Part shown: positions 23,166 through 36,400 of the stretch, piece by piece
How the letters are laid out: each line of letters starts with the position of its first letter
How positions within the stretch are numbered: the first letter of the stretch is position 1
Source: Anthoceros angustus
Lineage: Eukaryota; Plantae; Anthocerotophyta
DNA length: 64,000 nt
Direction of reading: 5' to 3'
Assembly: GCA_010909165.1 (NCBI GenBank)
Contig: MU008224.1
Coordinates: 113,098-177,097, forward strand
Program-made: the position numbers and the translations under genes
The notes under the pieces: model-generated
Seen by the model: the letters and a program-made list of their open reading frames with translations, nothing else
Told to the model about the DNA's origin: nothing
Databases searched by the model: none

Positions 23166-26100
23166 TGATGAGAATCATACACAAGCTCTAGCAATATGTG
23201 TTGCATTACATTCATAATAGAAAGTATATGCCTTTATGTAGGCAAGGTAGTTGTAACCAATAAGTGGTTGTAACAACTAACCAATTAAATAACTACTAAA
23301 AGAAACTACCTAGAGCCCTAAGGACTAAATTAATTATTAAGTCCTAGGTGCCCTAGTGAAGAGTGCCCTAATAGTAAGCTATTTTATCACTCCCACTCAC
23401 TATGAACTAGGGGTGATTTTAACCAAAAGAGGTCTAGGAAAACTAGTCTAGTAAAAACTAGTCCCTAACTAAACTTTACTTAAAGGCATAAAGTAAAACT
23501 TAAGGTAAAAACTGAAAGTAATAATCACTATTAAAATAACTCCCACTTAAGGAGGCGAGATGAGAAACTAATAACTCAACTTAAATAGGTGGAATTAAAA
23601 CTAATTAAAAGTATTTAAGCGGATTTATATATAGAGGAAAATCCAGAAAATACCTAATTTCCGAAAAGGAAAATCAAAAGGATAATGGATAATACCCTTC
23701 TTCCTCAAACTTCACGAAACGCGATCGACAACTTGGTGGTTGGTACATGTGCGGTGATGGCGATGGCGGGAGGGGTGGCTACCGCGCAAGGCGCGATCCC
23801 CGGAGGCGCCCATTGCGCCATCGCGCCCGTGTCCCAGCCGCCCTCTCCGGGCCGCGCCGCCCGCCTTCCGATGTCCAAGGCGTCCTTGCGAGCAAGGGCG
23901 CTCACGGCGCTCGCCCAAACAAAAGGAGAGGCGCCCCTACTGCTGATGCATCCATCGTGTCCTCTGGTGATGAAGAGTCTCGCCTCCACGGACCTCGTCC
24001 TTCCTGCGGCCTTTCGAAGAAATCTCCTGCATTTGTCATTGATCGACCTCATCCTCGGAGGATGAAGCGAACCGAGATGCCTAAGGATCCTCAGGACGCT
24101 CCCGGCCCGAGAAGAGGAAAGCTCAAGTCCAAGTGTAAGATTGCGTCTTCATTTTCGCCATGTCTTCATTTCCGCCATGTCTTCATTTGTGAAGCAATTC
24201 GGATGTGCTCACCAAAGGGGAGGAAGCGCAGCCTAGGTGATGAGGACGTGCCCTCCCCTCAATGAATGATGCTCCGCCGCAAAATGCCCACCAAAAGTGT
24301 TTGTAGGAAAGATTGCTTCCATCTTATGCTTCTAAGAAGAAGCTATGACACAAGTGGATTACAAGGATGCTAACTTGATGGATAAGAGGTGACACTTGTG
24401 TGGCGTTTGCGACGAGATGGGTGGAGACGGCATGGGGAGGATATGACAAGGAAGGGGAAAAGAAAGGTGCAATATATTAAATAAGGGTTATCCAAGATTT
24501 TAAGCATCCTAATTTCTATATGAGTTTTAGGATCGAATAACCTAGCATAAATTTTCTGCTTGATGCGGCTGTAAACACATTTTGTTTCCTAAGTGTATTA
24601 AAGACAAAAACATGGGCTATTATAAGCGGAATTCTACCAAAAGGTGACCAGAAAAATAAAGTATACATACTCACCTTAGGTTTAAGTGAAAAGGAGATGT
24701 CCGGACTCCTATATATGTGAGGAAACTACCATCCACATGATAAAAATAGCAAGTCTCCCATGTGAGGAATTTCCAGGACATATCAAACATATTTTCCGTA
24801 GGTGCCTTTGGTGCTAAGGGAATTTATTGTTTTAATCACATAAATACTGCTTAAATATTATTTTTATTTTTAATATAAATATTCCAGGTTCTATGTTGGC
24901 CGTCTATGAAGAGGAAGGCGGGGATGACCTAAGCTATTTTGAGATAGAAGAAGAAAAATGTTCAGAAAAATAGTAAGACAATAATTTTTGGGCTAAGATT
25001 TTAAGGTTATCTTAAATCGGCCCTAAGGCTAGGGTGAGTATTAGGTTAAAGGTTTGGACGTGTGTCCATTATACCCAAACATTTCATGTGTTTCCTATGT
25101 AACTCAATTCCCAATGACTTTGTTAATAAATCAAGCATTGTCTAAAGTTTGAACATAACTAATATTTATGGTTTGATCTTCTAACTTTTCCCTTATGTAG
25201 TGATACTCAACAGCTATATGTTTAGTTCTAGAATGAAAAGCGATTTCGTGCAAGTGCAATGGCACCACGGCTATCACTAAACAAAGATGTAGGCTTAAGT
25301 TGAGGATGGTGAAGTTCACTCAAAACTAACTGGACCACACTATGTCTTTAGAAGCGAGGTTAGTACCACACTCGATTGATGCTTGACAAAGCTATAGTAG
25401 GTTGTTTCTTACTTGACCGGATATTGGTGCTCCTCCTAAGAGTAATACATATACATCTGATTTTTCGTGTGTGGTCACTGCATAATCGGCATCGGCATAT
25501 GCCGTTAGAGTTAATGTGTTGATAGCTGGTGTATGCTTGAACATCGATCTGTACATAGTGCCTTTAAGGTATCGAATATACGCTTAGACATCCAAAGGCT
25601 CACGTCCGGGGTTCTCCAAGAATTGTGAGCGAGGCCGACTTCAAAAGATATATCGGTCTCGTAAAATTGCATAAATATATTAGAGTGCCAACAGATGTCG
25701 GTATGGAACTGCGACATTTCTAGCTTTTCTTCAATGTTTTGGGACTCATATCGAGGTAAGCCTAACACCACTTGCAAAAGGTGTGGGTGCGCTTTGCATC
25801 CTCAAGTCCAAATTTAGCTAAACTCTCCTTAATATACTTGGTTTGAACTATACTTAGAGTCTTATTACCTCTATTTAGTATAATATTAACACCAAGTGCA
25901 TATGTCATTTCTCCTAGATCGGACATCTCAAATAGAGTCCTAAGCCATGCTTTAGTTTCGGCTAGGAGAGTGAGGGAGTTTGTTGCCATAAAACATCATC
26001 AACATAAAGTAGAAGATAAAATATATCATTGCGGATATTAGGATGTACATACAAGCATCACCGGCTTTGCTTAAATCCTCTCCCAATAAGTTGTACATGT

Positions 26101-29100
26101 ATGGTTAAATTCCAATTCTTGCTGTGCTTAAGGCCATACAAACCTTTGATGAGTCGGCATACCCAATCTTCTTTGCCTTTGACTTCAGTAACCCTCGGGT
26201 TGTCTCATGTATATTTCCTCTTGCGGTAGCCCATACAAATATCTTTGTCTTAACATCCATCATGTGGAGTTCAAGATCATGTTGGGCACATAAGGCAAAT
26301 ATCATTCATGTGGCAAATTTGGCTCTTGGGGCATAAGTGGCCCAAGGTATGTAATCTAGACCGAGAATTTGTGTAAACCTCGCTACTAGGCGTGCCTTAT
26401 ACCTTTCTATAGAATTATCTCCTTTTCTTTTAATTTTGAATACTCATTTGCTGGTTACTATCTTTCTACCCCTAGGTGGCTTGACCAATTCCCATGTAGA
26501 ATTATTAGCTAGGGAATTATATTCAAAGTCTACAGCTACCTTCCATAAGTCTTTTTCAGGAGAAGAGAAAGCTTGTTTTCAGGTAAGGGGTTCTTCTATG
26601 TCTATAGTTGCCTTGTATACAGCTTGGGAATAAAGTGATATAGGGGTATAGGATCATCAAAACAGCTAGGTATCCTAAAGGAGGTTCCTTCCAACTGCAG
26701 GACTGAGATAGTAGGTCGGGATCTAAGGTTGTACCTTTGTGCAGTGCATCATCCACGGAGGCGGGATCAACGAGGATCTGCTGGCTCCACAATGTCATCC
26801 TCCGGAGGGTCATCAAACTCATCATCATGAGTGTCAATGGCGCCTCTGGGATGTCAACATCAGTTAAATCGTTGTGAGTTGTGGAATAGATGCTAACTCC
26901 TCCTCCTCGCATAATAGGTTCAACTAAAGGAACACGAGCGGGAATGGGAAATGGAGTGAAATAATCGGATCATCAAAATAAGAAGGGTCAATGGTCTCAT
27001 CAAGAGGAGGACCAAGCCTATCGCTCCCTGTGGGGAAAAGAGGTAAGACTCATGAAAAGTAACACTCCGTATAAAAGTTGCCTTGTAGAAGGGTTGAACA
27101 ATTTGTACCTTTGATACCTTGGTGTAGCCAATGAAAAGTGTACTTATGCTTTGGGATCCAACTTCTTACGCAATGCTTTGGGAATAAAAACATATGCGGG
27201 ATCCAAAAATTGAAGGTGGTCAATAGAAGGCTTCTTGCCAATGAATGCTTCATATGGAGTCATACCTTGAACTGATGTAGGCAATCGATTCATGAGATAG
27301 GTTCTTGTTAGGAGGGCCTCGCCCAATAAGCCTTAGATAACTTAGCTTGTACCAATAAGCAACCTGTGATCTCTTGAGGCGTAGATTCTTGTTCTCACGC
27401 CATTTTGTTGAGGAGTGTAGACAAGCGTAAGTTGTTGAGCTATACCTTGACTCGACAAAATCCTCAAATTCGAGATGTAAACTCTCCACCATTGTCGGAC
27501 GTAAGGTCTTGAGTTTGTGATCCGTAAGTCTCTCACCCATTTCATGTAGTCCTTGAAGAAGTGAAAGGCATCACTCTTGTTTTTCGGGATGTAGGAAAAG
27601 ACAAAGCGAGAGAAATCATCATGAAGGTCAAAAATATCTACTACCACTAAAGGAGGTGTAGACAAGGGTCCACAATGTCATGTGCACTATCTCTAAAGGT
27701 GACTTGGCCCTTTGTGGAGATTTATTTTGAAAGGCTCTTGATGTCGTTTAGTGAGGACACAAGATTCGCACCAAGGTAGGTGTTCAACCTTTGCAAGGCA
27801 AGGGTTCTATATAAAGCTCCCTTAGACATTTGGATTAATTTTTGACTATTAGGATGACCAAGGCGACAATGCCAAAGCATGGTTTGGGTAGGTGTCATTT
27901 GGGTTTGGAATGGCAACATTAGCGAATGGGTGGCTCCCACTTGTCGACAATCTATAGAGACCATCATCTAAAGTGCCTGCAGATTGTATAGTTTCTATCA
28001 CTTATGAAAGAGAGAAGACAACTATCATAAAGGATCACCGCAGTGTGTTCTTGACAAAGACTTGCGGTGATACTAGATTCTTGCACATTGAAGGAACATG
28101 GAGGACGTGATGAAGATGAAGAACGACACGAATCACACTTGAATACAATGACCGACACCCGCAATGGGTAGGTTGTGATCATCTCCGGAGGACGGTGATG
28201 TCCTGTGGGCGGTGAGTAAGACTCAAAAGAGTTTCTTGTAACAAATATGTGAAGTAGCTCCTCTAAGTACCATGAGGTATTGGAGGGCTTGGAAGAAGCC
28301 AAGCACACGATGAAACCTTCTGGAGTTGAGGAAGATTGTTTCTTGCAATGTTAGCTCGGTGGGGCCTCCTTGAGGTTCCCCATTCTTCTTCTTCGACAAT
28401 CCTTTTCCATGTGATTTGGGATTACGCACCAATTACATATAATCCCGATCTTCTTGTTACCTCTTGCGGTGTTGAAGAAGATGCCTCTCCATCATGGAAA
28501 GTATGTGCGGGATATGGGGTCGTGGAAAGTAGAACCTCGGCCTCGCCTCGTCCTCTTCCTCTACCCCTTTGTGAATACATCACCTGCTTGTTGGCTCGGA
28601 GTGATGATGACGCTTGCCTCCTCCGTAGCAATGCTCCAATAAGTTCGAAACACGATGTCGGCTCTTCATTTGGATCTTCATCTGCTTTTCGACATTGCGA
28701 ATCACGCATTTTGAGTTGTAATGAAAGCCCTATAAGAAGGTGGCAATGAAGATAAGAGAATGACGTAAGCCTCCATCTACGAGATAGGTACGCCATGATT
28801 GAAGATTCCAAATGGGATCGTGCCAATCGAAATGCATTAACATGATGTTCGATGGTGTCGGACTCCTTCATTGAGAGGTTGCGGAAGTTACGTGAAGCGC
28901 AACAATACTCATTACATCTCGAGATGAATATAATTGAGCAAGGTGAGTCCACATATCCTTGGAGGTCTTTGCGTGTGCGACATGTCTCACCATATGTTGA
29001 GAAAGTCCATGACCAATAAATCTTGTGCCTTCGTCCTGGCGTCCCGGAAGGTTGAAGTTCACGTTCAAATCGGGCGTGTGGCCTTGGAATTGATCCATCG

Positions 29101-30293
29101 ACGATGCCCCAAAGGTCTCTTTGCCGCAAAGCTCCTCGCATTCTCAATGACCGATGTCATAATCCCTTCCATTGAATCTATCTTTCTCTTTGGCATCACC
29201 ATAATGATAATGCAATGAAGTGTTAGCATTATCATTACCCAATGGGGAATTAGGAGCAGTTTGTTCTTCATTATTGATCACTCCAGCCATTGTAGGTGAT
29301 TTAGAGGACTAGGCCTCGCTGACTCATCTTCTTCTATTGCACGCGAAACTCTTCTCTTGCATCATAATCGATTCGGATGATGATAGCATGCTCTCAAATC
29401 TGCGCATTATCAACCTTAGAGAGAATAGACAATTTTGTCCTTAATTCAGATAATTCTCCTTAAGATCAAAGGATTGGATTCTAAGAGTTGCTAATTGACT
29501 ATCAATTTCTTGAAATCTAAGAGTTTCTATGCTATTTTGTCTTGCAGACTAGAAGATAAAGGAGTACTAATACCAGATTCAAATTTGGGATATGTTGGAG
29601 AGCTAATTCTAATGCCTTGACGTGAATTGGACTAAAACTTCTAGCAAATCACGTCTAGCTAGCTTGATAAACTTCCCTTGATCCGGTTTAGAAATTAAAA
29701 TAGATGCAATGAAGTTTGCTATACAAGAGGAGGTTTCTACTATCTCTCCCTCTATAGCTTGTTGTCTTCTATTGCTTCTATGTGTTGGGCTCCTAATTTG
29801 TTCTTGTTGTCTTGGGACTACTTCTCTTCTTAACTCTATGCCTTCTCCTTCTAAGGGAACACAAATCCATGGAGGAAGAACAAAGAATTAGTGCATAAAA
29901 GCATTGTTAGAAGAGAAATGTTAGCATAAAAGAATGCATGCAAAGATAGCAATTCTAGGATAAACACAATCCATCTAGGCAAATGCTAGATTAGAAAGTG
30001 TCTCCTAGATAAGCTACTTAGATGCATGAGGATGCACAAGCAAACAAAGAGCAAGTGTGCTCGATACCATGATGAGAATCATACACAAGCTCTAGCAATA
30101 TGTGTTGCATTACATTCATAATAGAAAGTACATGCCTTTATGTAGGCAAGGTAGTTGTAACCAATAAGTGGTTGTAACAACTAACCAATTAAATAACTAC
30201 TAAAAGAAACTACCTAGAGCCCTAAGGACTAAATTAATTATTAAGTCCTAGGTGCCCTAGTGAAGAGTGCCCTAATAGTAAGCTATTTTATCA
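23166..30293 (-). mobile_element. Nested Ty1/Copia LTR retrotransposon 'B', reverse orientation
   Basis: LTRs 30070-30293 (5') and 23166-23389 (3'), 224 bp with one mismatch. Reversed PBS gctcgatacca at 30059-30069; PPT (ctcccactc) from 23390. Frameshifted gag (MRGALRQRDLWGIVDGS), PR (GATSHIC), LWHCRLGHPN, INT (LRKKLDPKA), RT (MDVKT, FEMSDLGE) and RH (FHSRTKHIAVEYHYIRE). Confidence 0.93.
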
Positions 30294-33200
30294 CTCTCAC
30301 GAATGGTGACGATGTTCTAGCTTGGGCGAAGGGCCACGTTCTATAATCATTGCTTCTTTGGATAGGACTATGATGCCTCACACTATAAATGCCGTGACCT
30401 GCGGATGTGTGGAGAACCTTTATGACTATCTACAAGGACAAGAGCTCGCCTCTTGGGTTCATTCTTTCCATGCATATTTCATCTGCGAATGAAAGATGGA
30501 AGTTGGAGTCCTATATAAACAAGTTGCGCATGAGCCGACCTTGCATATTGTGGGGATGTCTTGTAGAGCTCAAGCAATTCTGCCTTCACAGCATCCTGCG
30601 GATAGTTATGCTTATTTTATTAGCGCTCAACATGCTAAGATTGATCACTCCAGCCATTGTAGGTGATTTAGAGGACTAGGCCTCGCAGCCCTCTCATCTT
30701 CTTTATTGCACGCGAAACTCTTCTCTTGCATCATGATTCGGATGATGATAGCATGCTCTCAAATCTCGCGCATTATCAACCTTAGAGAGAATAGACAATT
30801 TTGTCCTTAATTCAGATAATTCTCCTTAAGATCAAAGGATTGGATTCTAAGAGTTGCTAATTGACTATCAATTTCTTGAAATCTAAGAGTTTCTATGCTA
30901 TTTTTGTCTTGCAGACTAGAAGATAAAGGAGTACTAATACCATTCAAATTTGGGATATGTTGGAGAGCTAATTCTAATGCCTTGACGTGAATTGGACTAA
31001 AACTTCTAGCAAATCACGCCTAGCTAGCTTGATAAACTTCCCTTGATGGTTTAGAAATTAAAATAGATGCAATGAAGTTTGCTATACAAGAGGAGGTTTC
31101 TACTATCTCTCCTCTATAGCTTGTTGTCTTCTATTGCTTCTATGTGTTGGGCTCCTAATTTGTTCTTGTTGTCTTGCAGACTACTTCTCTTAACTCTATG
31201 CCTTCTCCTTCTAAGGGAACACAATCCATGGAGGAAGAACAAAGAATTAGTGCATTGTTAGAAGAGAAATGTTAGCATAAAAGAATGCATGCAAAGATAG
31301 CAATTCTAGGATAAACACAATCCATCTAGGCAAATGCTAGATTAGAAAGTGTCTCCTAGATAAGCTACTTAGATGCATGAGGATGCACAAGCAAACAAAG
31401 AGCAAGTGTGCTCGATACCATGATGAGAATCATACACAAGCTCTAGCAATATGTGTTGCATTACATTCATAATAGAAAGTACATGCCTTTATGTAGGCAA
31501 GGTAGTTGTAACCAATAAGTGGTTGTAACAACTAACCAATTAAATAACTACTAAAGAAACTACCTAGAGCCCTAAGGACTAAATTAATTATTAAGTCCTA
31601 GGTGCCCTAGTGAAGAGTGCCCTAATAGTAAGCTATTTTATCACTCTCACGAATGGTGACGATGTTCTAGCCGAAGCGAAGGGGCAGTGCACGTTCTATA
31701 ATCATTGCTTCTTTGGATAGGACTATGATGCCTCACACTATAAATGCCGTGACCTCTGCAGATGTGTGGAGAACCTTTATGACTATCTACAAGGACAAGA
31801 GCTCTGCCTCTTGGGTTCATTCTTTCCGCGGCATATTTCATCTGCGAATGAAAGATGGAGAGTCTGTGGAGTCCTATATAAACAAGTTCAGGGCTGCACG
31901 AGCCGACCTTGCATATTGTGGGACTGTCTTGACAGAAGCTCAAGCAATTACTGCCTTCCTGGCATCACTGCCGGATAGTTATGCTTATTTTATTAGCGCT
32001 CAACATGCTAAGATTGATGCCCACAGCTAGTCGGAGGAGCCTCAATATATTCGAAGGCGTGTTTGGGGCATTGCTTGGTGAAGAGTGCACAAGAGCCTTG
32101 AATAAATCTAAGGCGATCCTAGTTCCGATGAAGTACTCTTTTCTTTGGAAGGCGAAGGATCATGGCGTGGCGGTGGTCGTGGTAGAGGCTCGCCAACCAC
32201 GGCTAGGCACTAATCTCCAGTAAGACCTTCACTTGCAATTGGTGCAAGATTCTTGGTCATTATGAGAGATTGCGGGAAGAAAAAGGTGAGCCCAGAAGGA
32301 ACCTCAAATCAGTCACATTTAGCGTCTACAAGGGCATCTTGACTTCCAAACCATCTACAATTTTGGCCACTGTCTCTCCTCAATCAAGAATCTGAGACGG
32401 ATATGTGGTTTCGGATTACGGTGCAACAAGTCATATTTGCCTAGATAAATGACCTTTTCTTCTTTCATACCTTCTCTTGCATCATAATCGATTCGGATGA
32501 TGATAGCATGCTCTCAAATCTCGCATTATCAACCTTAGAGAGAATAGACAATTTTGTCCTTAATTCAGATAATTCTCCCTTAAGATCAAAGGATTGGATT
32601 CTAAGAGTTGCTAATTGACTATCAATTTCTTGAAATCTAAGAGTTTCTATGCTATTTTTGTCTTGCAGACTAGAAGATAAAGGAGTACTAATACCAGCAT
32701 TCAAATTTGGGATATGTTGGAGAGCTAATTCTAATGCCTTGACGTGAATTGGACTAAAAACTTCTAGCAAATCACGTCTAGCTAGCTTGATAAACTTCCC
32801 TTGATCTGGTTTAGAAATTAAAATAGATGCAATGAAGTTTGCTATACAAGAGGAGGTTTCTACTATCTCTCCCTCTATAGCTTGTTGTCTTCTATTGCTT
32901 CTATGTGGGGCTCCTAATTTGTTCTTGTTGTCTTGCAGACTACTTCTCTTAACTCTATGCCTTCTCCTTCTAAGGGAACACAATCCATGGAGGAAGAACA
33001 AAGAATTAGTGCATAAAAGCATTGTTAGAAGAGAAATGTTAGCATAAAAGAATGCATGCAAAGATAGCAATTCTAGGATAAACACAATCCATCTAGGCAA
33101 ATGCTAGATTAGAAAGTGTCTCCTAGATAAGCTACTTAGATGCATGAGGATGCACAAGCAAACAAAGAGCAAGTGTGCTCGATACCATGATGAGAATCAT

Positions 33201-33411
33201 ACACAAGCTCTAGCAATATGTGTTGCATTACATTCATAATAGAAAGTACATGCCTTTATGTAGGCAAGGTAGTTGTAACCAATAAGTGGTTGTAACAACT
33301 AACCAATTAAATAACTACTAAAAGAAACTACCTAGAGCCCTAAGGACTAAATTAATTATTAAGTCCTAGGTGCCCTAGTGAAGAGTGCCCTAATAGTAAG
33401 CTATTTTATCA
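30294..33411. repeat. Two extra tandem copies of the [A-gag piece + B leader + PBS + B 5' LTR] block
   Basis: Extra B LTR copies at 31421-31643 and 33188-33411. The junction ctattttatca|ctctcacgaatgg occurs three times. Confidence 0.92.
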
Positions 33412-36400
33412 CTCTCACGAATGGTGACGATGTTCTAGCTTGGAAGCGAAGGGACAGGCGTGCACGTTCTATAATCATTGCTTCTTTGGATAGGACTATG
33501 ATGCCTCACACTATAAATGCCGTGACCTCTGCAGATGTGTGGAGAACCTTTATGACTATCTACAAGGACAAGAGCTCTGCCTCTTGGGTTCATTCTTTCC
33601 GCGGCATATTTCATCTGCGAATGAAAGATGGAAAGTCTGTGGAGTCCTATATAAACAAGTTCAGGACTGCATGAGCCGACCTTGCATATTGTGGGGGTAT
33701 CTTGATGAGCTCAAGCAATCGCCTTCACAGCATCACTGCCGGATAGTTATGCTTATTTTATTAGCGCTCAACATGCTAAGATTGATGCAGCCCAGCAGCT
33801 AGCTGGAGGACGTGCTCTCAATATATCACTGGAAGACGTGTTTGGGGCATTGCTTGGTGAAGAGCGCACAAGAGCCTTGAATAAATCTAAGGGGCAGTAT
33901 CCTAGTTCCAGTAAAGTACTCTTTGCTGGAAGGGGCAGAGGATCATGGCGTGGCAGAGGTGGTCGTGGTAGAGGCTCGCCAACCAGCTAGATGACTAATC
34001 TCCAGCGTAAGACCTTCAGTTGCAATTGGTGCAAGATTCCTGGTCATTATGAGAGAGATTGCAGGAAGAAAAAGGCTGGCGAGCCCAGGAAGGAACCTCA
34101 ACAGTCAGAGTCACATTTGACGTCTACAAGGGCATCTTCGACTTCCAAACCATCTACAATTTTGGCCACCTGTCTCTCCTCAATCGAAGAGATATGTGGT
34201 TTCTGGATTCTGGTGCAACAAGTCATATTTGCCTAGATAAGACAGCCTTTTCTTCTTTCATACCTTCTACTGACGACAAACAATTTGTCTTGTTAGGTGA
34301 TAAGGTGAGTCTAGCGATAAAGGGGACAGTTCATCATCATACGATTACGATACCTCTTTTCTCACCTTGTCTGATGTCCTTTTTGTTCCATCAATGACCA
34401 AGAATTTGATGTTTGTTCTTAAGTTGTCACAGGAACATTCATGTCGTGTCTATTTTGATCATAGTGGTTGTTCAGTCTCCTCATTATCAGACTGGTATGA
34501 ACTTTTCTCCGGTATTCCGTATAATGACCTTTACCTCCTAGATGTTCGCAGTCATGTGCCAAGCCCTTCTGCATATTTGGTGGGAGATCCTCATCTTTCC
34601 ACTACACAGCTTTGGCACTGTAGGTTAGGCCATGTGAATTTTAGGAAGCTGTCTTCTAGTATGCGTCTTGGGTCTTTAGAGATCCCCTCACCTTTACTTT
34701 TGATGAACATGCCTTCCATGGCGCTTGCGGACAAGGCGATATCGACCTTTTAAGGACAAGGATCTGTCCAAGGCCTCCTCTCTGCTCCACACCGTCCATA
34801 GCGACATTTGTGGGCCTATGTCAACGTCTTCATTTGGAGGTGCTTCTTATTTCATCACCTTCATAGACGAGTGGAGCAGGTACTGTTTCGTCTATGTCTT
34901 ACATCACAAGAGTGAGGCCCTTTCCGTCTTTCAGCAATATCTAGTGCTTGCTCAACGCCAAACCGGACAGAAGATACGAATCTTGCGGACAGATAACGGT
35001 GGAGAATATCTCAGTAATGCTTTTAAGCACTTCTGTGCTTCAGAGGGAGTACAACATCAGTTAACTGTCCCTTATACACCAGCACAGAATGGTCTTGCTG
35101 AGCGGAAGAACAGGACATTACAAGAGGCGACTCTTTCAAGTCTGTCCTTTGCTAGCCTTACGAGAGGATATTGGGCAGAGGCCCTTACTGCAGCGAATTA
35201 TGTTCAGAACCGACTTCCTACCAAAGAGTTAGGTTTGGTGACTCCCTATGGACGCTGGACTGGTAAGAAACCAAGGATCTCACACTTGCGGATATTTGGG
35301 GCCCCTGCATATGCCTTGATCCCATCAGCCTTGCGGTCCAAGCTTGACCCCAAAGCTGTGAGACGCATTTTTGTTGGCTATTCGGATGATGTGAAAGGAT
35401 ATAAGCTTTTTGATCCACACACTCGTACTCTTACTTTTTCACGTAGTGTGGTGTTTCATGAAGATGCTTCTTGCAGCCATCAAGCTATTCTTCTTCCTGA
35501 AGCTACTTCTCCAGTTTCCAGCATTCATGGTGTAGATGATTCCTCTGACATAGTTGACGAAACAGATATCTCTGTCTTTGATATGTCACTAGCAGATCTT
35601 CCATCTTCGGTTTCAGGGGGCAGTTCACCACCTGTCATTTCAGCACCCTCAACACCTGTTCAAACATCACCACCTGCTCAACCTACAACACCTACTGTTT
35701 TGCCAGATGAGTCTTCTCCTATTCATGTTGATGCAGTCTTGCCTGATGTTGCTATCACTCCAGTTAGTGCAGAACCCGATGATGTTCAACCTGCCATTGA
35801 TATTCCTCTTGAACGAGCGGACCTAATCCACTTCCACCAGAACCTGTTGTAGCTGATGAGCCCAGTTCCCGTCATGCGATCTACTAGGATTAGGCGTCCT
35901 ATGAGTGAATGGTTTGGTCCCTATGTTGCCGGGTCATCTCGCCATGTTCCTAAACCTCATCAACCCTTCTTTCCACCTTCTTCATCTTTAGGTGAGCCTG
36001 CAACATATCTTGAAGGCACAGGACTAGGCCGGTCTTGGAAGGCCGGCTGAATCGAGTACAACTCCTTATTGAAAATCAAACTGGTCCTTAGTTGACTTAC
36101 CCAGGCGGGTGAAACATGGCTTGTAAGTGGGTTTTTAAGAAGAAGCTGAATGCTGATGGTACTGTCGGAAGGTACAAGGCCCGCTTAGTGGCTAAGGGTT
36201 ATAGCCAAGTAGAAGGACTTGACTATAACGAAACATTTGCTCCCGTAGTTAAGGGTACCTCTATCAGGATTTTGCTTGCTCTTGCTGCCCAGTATGGCTT
36301 ACTAGTCCACCAGCTTGACGTTAAAACAGCCTTCTTGCATGGTTCCTTAGAGGAGGAAATATACATGGCTCAGCCTGAGGGTTACGTGATGGATCCTAAA

